DNA of 64,000 nucleotides from Patescibacteria group bacterium (lineage in GTDB: Bacteria; Patescibacteriota; UBA1384; CAJBMM01), in contig JBAZWC010000002.1 in assembly GCA_041660565.1 (NCBI GenBank), forward strand, positions 287,484 through 351,483, written 5' to 3'. The first letter of the stretch is position 1. The number at the start of each line of letters is the position of its first letter. The notes beneath the pieces are model-generated. The model was not told where the DNA came from. It saw nothing but the letters and a program-made list of their open reading frames with translations, and did not search any database. Below, one piece after another: positions 58,357 through 64,000 of this stretch. The position numbers and the translations under genes were made by a program.

Positions 58357-61125
58357 ATGATGTTTGGACTGTTTGGCGATCTAAATAAAAAAGAAGTTTC
58401 TAAAATTGAGCCGATTGTTGGGCAGATAAATCAGCATAGCTCGACCATCGAGGCATTAACCAAAGAGCAGATCCGTATTCGAGTAGAAGAACTAAAAACA
58501 AAGGTACAAGACGAAATTAAAGCCGTGGTGGGCGACGAATCCGAATCCGCATTAATTCAAAACGAAGACGAACGCGAAAAATGGCAAATTGATCGCCTAA
58601 AAAAAGTCGAACAAAGCGTACTAGATGAAATATTGCCAGAAGCGTTTGCCTTGGTTAGAGAAGCGGCAAAACGCACCATTAAAGAGCGCCATTTTGATGT
58701 GCAGCTAACCGGTGGGGTGGTTCTGCATCAAGGTAAAATTGCCGAAATGCGTACTGGAGAAGGTAAAACTTTAGTGGCAACACTGCCCGCTTTTCTGAAT
58801 GCGCTAACCGGTAAAGGCGTGCACATCGTAACGGTTAACGACTATTTGGCTAAACGTGATGCGGCTTGGATGGGGCAGATTTTCGATTATTTAGGCGTTA
58901 CTGTGGCGGCAATTGGGCACGAAACTTCGTTAATTTACGATACTAAAGCCAAAAAACAACAAGAAAAAGACGCGCAGTTAGCTGCCGAAGAGCAAGGTTT
59001 GGTTTATACTTCGGACGATTCGCCTTTAGCCGCGGTTAGCCGCAAGGCTGCCTATCAGGCCGACATCGTTTACGGCACCAATAACGAGTTTGGTTTTGAT
59101 TATTTGCGCGATAATATGGCACAAGATCCGGAGCAGATGGTCCAACGTGAATTGCATTACGCTATCGTAGATGAAGTAGACTCCATTTTAATTGATGAAG
59201 CGCGAACGCCGCTGATTATCTCGGCACCGGCTGAGGAATCGGCTAGTGAATACCATCGCTTTGCCAAATTGGTGACCAATCTTGAAGCCGAAAAAGATTA
59301 TACCGTTGATGAAAAGATGAAAGCCATCAGTTTAACCGATGCCGGCATCGCCAAAATGGAATCTTTGCTCGGTTTGAAAAACATTTACGAGCAGGGCGTG
59401 CATTTGGTGCACTATATGGAAGAATCACTTAAGGCCAACATTTTATTCACGAGAGACAAAGACTATGTGGTTAAAGATGGCGAGGTGGTAATAGTTGACG
59501 AATTTACCGGCCGTATGATGCCCGGGCGTCGATATTCCGAGGGCTTGCACCAAGCTATCGAAGCCAAAGAAGGCGTTGAAGTGCAAAAAGAGTCGTTAAC
59601 GTTGGCCACCATTTCGTTTCAGAACTTATTCCGCATTTACCAGAAACTATCGGGTATGACCGGAACCGCGGCAACCGAGGCAGAGGAATTTCATAAAATC
59701 TATAAATTAGAGGTTGTTGAAATCCCGACAAATCGCCCGAACCAACGCCACGATTTTTCAGACCAGATTTATCAGACCGTTGACGAAAAGTTTAAGGCTG
59801 TGTGCAAAGACGTAGCTGAGCGGCATCAAAAAGGCCAGCCAATTTTGATTGGTACAATTTCGATCGAAAAAAACGAATACTTATCACAGCTTCTAACTAA
59901 AGCCGGGGTAAAACACGAGCTGTTAAACGCCAAAAACCACGAAAAAGAGGCGCATATTATTGCGCACGCAGGCGCGGTGGGCGCGGTTACGGTGGCTACA
60001 AACATGGCAGGGCGTGGTACGGATATTAAAATTACCAAAGAGGTGGCGGAGGTTGGCGGATTGCATGTGATCGGCACTGAACGCCACGAATCACGCCGCA
60101 TTGACAATCAGTTGCGCGGACGTACCGGACGTCAGGGTGATGTTGGATCGAGCCAGTTTTTTGTATCGATGGATGACGATTTGATGCGCATTTTTGGTGG
60201 CGAGCGGTTAAAATCGATTATGACCACGCTGCGCCTTCCCGCTGATATGCCAATTGAAAATAAAATGATTAGCCGGGCTATCGAGAGCGCCCAGAAAAAG
60301 GTGGAAGGACACAACTTTGATACTCGTAAGCACTTGGTTGAATACGATGATGTAATGAACAAACATCGCGAAGTGATTTACAAACGTCGTCGTCGAATTT
60401 TGCACATGAACACCGCAGAAGCGCAAAACCACTACATTAAGAATCAATTTTTATCCACTGCCGAAGAGCGCATTCGCGCTACGTTAAATAGTTATTTAGA
60501 GACAAATCAAGACTTAACAAAAGCCAAGGACGAAATCCAGAGAATTATTGGCGTAGATTTGGCTGGGACCGAGGCGAACCTTGATTCCATATTATCGCAG
60601 GTCAAGCAGCAGTATGACGCGAGAGAGCAACGATTTGGGGCCGAAATTATGCGCCAAATTGAAAAAGCAATTTACTTGCGTGCCATTGATACGGCGTGGA
60701 TTGATCATTTAACCGCGATGGATCATTTACGCGATGGGATTGGGCTTAGAGGCTATGGGCAATATGATCCGCTAGTTGCGTATAAACAAGAATCGTACAA
60801 AATGTTTCAGCGATTGTTACAGGTGATTGACAGCGCTGCGCTAGAGATGATCTTTAGAGTTGAAGTGGCACAGGCAGCAGCTCAGCCAAAGCCAGAGAAG
60901 GTGCAATTAAAGGGAGCGGATGAATCGGATAGCGGTGGCGGGTTTACCAAAGAAAAAACATTGGAAAAAACCAAGGTGCAAAAGTTGATGTCTAGCGAGG
61001 CAGACAGATCTAGTAATAAGCCAACCGGCGAGTCCAAAAAAGTCGGCCGAAATGATCCATGCCCATGCGGAGCGAAAAAAGCAGATGGAACACCGGTTAA
61101 ATACAAACATTGTCATGGGCGATGA
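58357..61125 (+). CDS. secA: Preprotein translocase ATPase SecA (with C-terminal zinc-binding CxC..C(H/C) tail)
   Basis: N-terminus MMFGLFGDLNKK, DEAD-like motifs, C-terminal CPCGAKKADGTPVKYKHCHG. The ORF-track start at 58288 lies within repeat C4; ATG 58357 is preceded by RBS GAAAGGAAAT. Confidence 0.93.
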   Translation: MMFGLFGDLNKKEVSKIEPIVGQINQHSSTIEALTKEQIRIRVEELKTKVQDEIKAVVGDESESALIQNEDEREKWQIDRLKKVEQSVLDEILPEAFALVREAAKRTIKERHFDVQLTGGVVLHQGKIAEMRTGEGKTLVATLPAFLNALTGKGVHIVTVNDYLAKRDAAWMGQIFDYLGVTVAAIGHETSLIYDTKAKKQQEKDAQLAAEEQGLVYTSDDSPLAAVSRKAAYQADIVYGTNNEFGFDYLRDNMAQDPEQMVQRELHYAIVDEVDSILIDEARTPLIISAPAEESASEYHRFAKLVTNLEAEKDYTVDEKMKAISLTDAGIAKMESLLGLKNIYEQGVHLVHYMEESLKANILFTRDKDYVVKDGEVVIVDEFTGRMMPGRRYSEGLHQAIEAKEGVEVQKESLTLATISFQNLFRIYQKLSGMTGTAATEAEEFHKIYKLEVVEIPTNRPNQRHDFSDQIYQTVDEKFKAVCKDVAERHQKGQPILIGTISIEKNEYLSQLLTKAGVKHELLNAKNHEKEAHIIAHAGAVGAVTVATNMAGRGTDIKITKEVAEVGGLHVIGTERHESRRIDNQLRGRTGRQGDVGSSQFFVSMDDDLMRIFGGERLKSIMTTLRLPADMPIENKMISRAIESAQKKVEGHNFDTRKHLVEYDDVMNKHREVIYKRRRRILHMNTAEAQNHYIKNQFLSTAEERIRATLNSYLETNQDLTKAKDEIQRIIGVDLAGTEANLDSILSQVKQQYDAREQRFGAEIMRQIEKAIYLRAIDTAWIDHLTAMDHLRDGIGLRGYGQYDPLVAYKQESYKMFQRLLQVIDSAALEMIFRVEVAQAAAQPKPEKVQLKGADESDSGGGFTKEKTLEKTKVQKLMSSEADRSSNKPTGESKKVGRNDPCPCGAKKADGTPVKYKHCHGR

Positions 61126-61248
61126 CGTTGGGCATAAATCGAGCATAGCGGAGTCCTCCGTAGCTCGAAGAGCGTAAGAGGATGAAAATGGTAAGAAATA
61201 CAAAAAATGCCATGGAAAATAAAGGATAACTAGGGATGGCGATGGGTT

Positions 61249-61279
61249 CCGTAGGGGCGGACCCATGTGTCCGCCCGCC
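61249..61279. repeat. Palindromic repeat family C, copy C5
   Basis: CCGTAGGGGCGGACCCATGTGTCCGCCCGCC. Confidence 0.8.
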
Positions 61280-61308
61280 AACAGAAAAAAAATGCCACGG
61301 GAGGTAGT

Positions 61309-61755
61309 ATGGATGAGAAATCTCTAAAATTCTTAATTAATTCTAGACAAAGCACTTATGCCTCTGGGATGAAGGCGGATGAGATCAATGGTGGTAAAAC
61401 GTACGTTATTAAATCAGGTAATTTAGAGTATCGCGATACGTATTTCGATCAGCACTTAATTTTTCAAGGTCAAGAAGTTTTGTTTGAAGATGGCCAGCCA
61501 GTTTGGTCAATGAGCTATAGGGGTGCGGCGGTCGAGGGAGTTGATGCTGGTGCGGTTTTTGCAGTTTTGCAAAAATTTATTAAAGAATATTCCGACAAGG
61601 TCAGATTCGGTAACAACTTTGAAAAAGATGAAGGCGAATATAAATATAGTTGCTCCGCAACGGGGGATCCAAGTGAGTTCAGTGGCCGCGAAGAGATTTA
61701 TCAAAATGGAAAACTGGTTCATTGGATGAATTATTTTGGCGGATCTATCCAATAA
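61309..61755 (+). CDS. Hypothetical protein (about 148 aa)
   Basis: RBS GGGAGG before ATG 61309. No motifs recognised. Confidence 0.55.
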   Translation: MDEKSLKFLINSRQSTYASGMKADEINGGKTYVIKSGNLEYRDTYFDQHLIFQGQEVLFEDGQPVWSMSYRGAAVEGVDAGAVFAVLQKFIKEYSDKVRFGNNFEKDEGEYKYSCSATGDPSEFSGREEIYQNGKLVHWMNYFGGSIQ

Positions 61756-61824
61756 ATGTAATAAGGTAAACGAAGGATAGCTAAGGATTGCGAAGGATGG
61801 CAAGGGAGGTAGTGGCCGCGAGAT

Positions 61825-62190
61825 CTATTTTTTAGCAGTAAGGCGGACGGAGAATTTGAAGCCGCGTTGCGAACCATCGGTAACCTCAATTACCTCGCTT
61901 TTTCTTTCTATGCGATATTCTATTAGCTCTTCCGAAAGCATCTCTTTTAAGGTCATAATTTCGTCGCGATTTTCTTTGATTTCAACTTGTAATTTATTAT
62001 TTGCGGGTTGGTTGTAGATTTCGGACAGAATTTGTTTTTTCTTGCTGCTGGCTACTTTGGCTTCCTCGGCGGCGTCAGTGTAAGCTGAGTCGTTGGTTAA
62101 GGCCTCGTTAAGCATATCCTTCGCTATTTTGATTTCACCCTGTAGCTTCTCAATTAGTTCGATTCGCCTTTTTATCGTATCTGTATCCAC
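61825..62190 (-). CDS. Hypothetical coiled-coil protein (121 aa)
   Basis: Convergent with the preceding gene. Charged helical N-terminus, beta-rich C-terminus. Confidence 0.55.
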   Translation of the reverse strand: MDTDTIKRRIELIEKLQGEIKIAKDMLNEALTNDSAYTDAAEEAKVASSKKKQILSEIYNQPANNKLQVEIKENRDEIMTLKEMLSEELIEYRIERKSEVIEVTDGSQRGFKFSVRLTAKK

Positions 62191-62346
62191 GTTGCTCCTT
62201 TTCTTAATGCGTCTAGTGTAACGTGAATTTATTCTGTTGCCAAGCTAGAAAGAATTGGGACGATTGGAGATATTGGATAAATTGGGGAGTCCAAGCTTGA
62301 TAATAATCACCAATTTATATATTCTTAATACGAAATAGGAGATCTA

Positions 62347-63258
62347 ATGCATACAAAACTTGCTATTATTGGTTCGGGGCCGGCGGGATTAACCGCCGCC
62401 ATTTATGCTGCCCGTGCCGAGTTAAAACCAATTGTTTTTGCCGGTGCCGTACCAGGCGGACAACTAACCGAAACAACCGAGGTAGAAAACTTTCCCGGGT
62501 TTGATGATGGCATAATGGGGCCGGATTTAATGGCCAAAATGCGTTTGCAAGCCGAGAAATTTGGTTCAGTTACTGTTGATGCCTCGGTGGACAAGGTAAA
62601 CCTCAAAAAACAGCCATTTACAATTGAATCAGGGGATAAATCGTATTCGGCTGACGCAATTATTGTAGCTACCGGTGCCAGCGCGATGTGGTTAAACGTT
62701 AAAGGGGAAACGGAATTTAAGGGAAAAGGCGTTTCGGCTTGCGCCACTTGCGATGGTTTTTTCTTTAAGAATAAGGCAGTGGTCATTGTTGGCGGCGGTG
62801 ACGCAGCCATGGAAGAATCAATGTTTTTGACTAAATTTGCTTCTAGCGTCACTATTGTTCATCGTCGAAATGAATTTAGAGCTAGCAAAATTATGCAGGA
62901 AAAGGTACTAAATAATCCTAAAATCAAAGTGGTTTGGGACTCTGCGGTGGTGGAGATAAAAGGTGGGGCAAAAGTTGAAGCAGTAGTGGTGGAAAATATT
63001 AAAGATCAATCAAAATCTGAAATTAAAACCGATGGAGTGTTTGTGGCGATCGGCCATAAACCAAATACAGATATTTTCAAAGATCAGCTTGAAATTGATG
63101 AAAAGGGCTACATCGTTTTGCACGGTGAAACAAAGTCAAACGTCGAAGGTGTATTTGTTGCGGGTGATGTGTATGACCACCGATATCGACAAGCTATTAC
63201 CGCCGCCGGGTCTGGCTGTAAAGCGGCCATAGATGCAGAGAAATACTTGGCTGAGTAA
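62347..63258 (+). CDS. trxB: Thioredoxin-disulfide reductase
   Basis: FAD motif GSGPAGLTAA, redox-active CATC, NADPH-binding GGGDAAMEE. 303 aa. RBS AGGAG. Confidence 0.93.
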   Translation: MHTKLAIIGSGPAGLTAAIYAARAELKPIVFAGAVPGGQLTETTEVENFPGFDDGIMGPDLMAKMRLQAEKFGSVTVDASVDKVNLKKQPFTIESGDKSYSADAIIVATGASAMWLNVKGETEFKGKGVSACATCDGFFFKNKAVVIVGGGDAAMEESMFLTKFASSVTIVHRRNEFRASKIMQEKVLNNPKIKVVWDSAVVEIKGGAKVEAVVVENIKDQSKSEIKTDGVFVAIGHKPNTDIFKDQLEIDEKGYIVLHGETKSNVEGVFVAGDVYDHRYRQAITAAGSGCKAAIDAEKYLAE

Positions 63259-63282
63259 AGCATCACGACTTGATACGCGGAA

Positions 63283-63426
63283 CCCTTCTCCTCACGAGGA
63301 GAAGGTGCCCGTAGGGCGGATGAGGAGCTCCTCACCCGGCTTTCAGCCACCCTCTCATCAAGACAAAACTTTGCAGTTTTGTCTTGTAGTTCCTTTCCGA
63401 CACGGATCTATCGGGAGGAGAGGGAA
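63283..63426. repeat. Palindromic repeat family D, rearranged copy D4 with a nested hairpin
   Basis: CCCTTCTCCTCACGAGGAGAAGGTGCC..GGCGGATGAGGAGCTCCTCACCCGGC..CCACCCTCTC[ATCAAGACAAAACTTTGCAGTTTTGTCTTG]..GGGAGGAGAGGGA. Confidence 0.8.
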
Positions 63427-63484
63427 CAAAGATCGAAATGACAGTTGCTGACGTTCTGTGTTAGAATAAACCTAGGTGGGTAAT

Positions 63485-64000
63485 TTGATTGAGTTTATTC
63501 ATGTCTCAAAAAAATATGGTAAAAAGACCGCGGTTGAAGACCTAAACTTCTTCATTGATCGCGATGAGTTCGTGACCTTAGTTGGGCCATCGGGCTCAGG
63601 GAAGTCCACGTTAATTAAGCTGCTCATTGCCGAAGAAAAACCAACCAGCGGACAAATAGTAGTCGCTGGGCGCGATATTACCACCTTAACCTCACGCGAA
63701 CTGCCATTCTTTAGACGTAAAATTGGGGTGGTTTTTCAAGATTTTAAGATATTGCCTCATAAAAATGTTTATGAAAACATTGCGTTTGCTTTGGAAGTAA
63801 GTGACGCAGAACAAAGCGTAATCAAATTAAAGGTGCCAGAGATTTTGCAGCTGGTTAATTTGTCGGATAAAGCCAGAAGTATGCCTAACGAATTGTCTGG
63901 TGGGGAAAAACAGCGAGTCTCAATTGCCCGTGCCTTAGTTCACGAGCCAAAATTATTGATTGCCGATGAGCCCACCGGAAACTTGGATCCAATAAATAGT
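63485..64000 (+). CDS. ftsE: Cell division ATP-binding protein FtsE (3' end lies outside the window)
   Basis: TTG start. LIEFIHVSKKYGKK..VTLVGPSGSGKST Walker A and LSGGEKQRVSIARAL signature. Open to the window end. Confidence 0.85.
   Translation, partial: MIEFIHVSKKYGKKTAVEDLNFFIDRDEFVTLVGPSGSGKSTLIKLLIAEEKPTSGQIVVAGRDITTLTSRELPFFRRKIGVVFQDFKILPHKNVYENIAFALEVSDAEQSVIKLKVPEILQLVNLSDKARSMPNELSGGEKQRVSIARALVHEPKLLIADEPTGNLDPINS

Overview
This reads as a reduced, low-GC bacterial genome, most consistent with a Candidate Phyla Radiation (Patescibacteria) or Saccharibacteria-like organism, though taxonomy cannot be confirmed from sequence alone. The standard genetic code applies, with TGA, TAA and TAG all used as stops. 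The housekeeping backbone includes a partial PcrA/UvrD C-terminus, rsmA, rsmI, metG, tatD, nfu, folD, mnmA, recG, comEA, miaA and a complete F1Fo ATP synthase operon on the minus strand (atpBEFHAGDC). It also carries a sensor histidine kinase, comM/yifB, secG, an oligopeptide-type substrate-binding protein, rpsA, an NrnA-like DHH phosphoesterase, a CYTH protein, a shortened alaS, ftsA, yqgF, mltG, mreBCD plus PBP2, pyrG, greA, lysS, serS, secA, trxB and a partial ftsE. There are 10 tRNA genes: Leu x4, Gly, Cys, Val, Phe, and a duplicated tRNA-Leu 5' fragment. No CRISPR array, cas genes, integrase or transposase were seen. Three things stand out. First, the intergenic space is saturated with at least five families of short palindromic (MITE/REP-like) repeats plus an AT-rich downstream-of-gene repeat family. 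Second, seven compact, visibly GC-rich micro-islands sit in the low-GC backbone, each a self-contained RBS, ORF and terminator unit. Four are flanked by the palindromic repeats and one lies between two tRNA-Leu genes, where it carries a DUF218/YdcF-like gene and a nucleoside 2-deoxyribosyltransferase-like gene. Third, an HNH endonuclease gene is inserted beside tRNA-Leu(TAA) with a duplicated tRNA 5' fragment. Also notable are a class-II Fic AMPylase with an N-terminal inhibitory motif that is translationally coupled to rsmI, and an ftsA gene followed by a 585-aa membrane protein rather than ftsZ.
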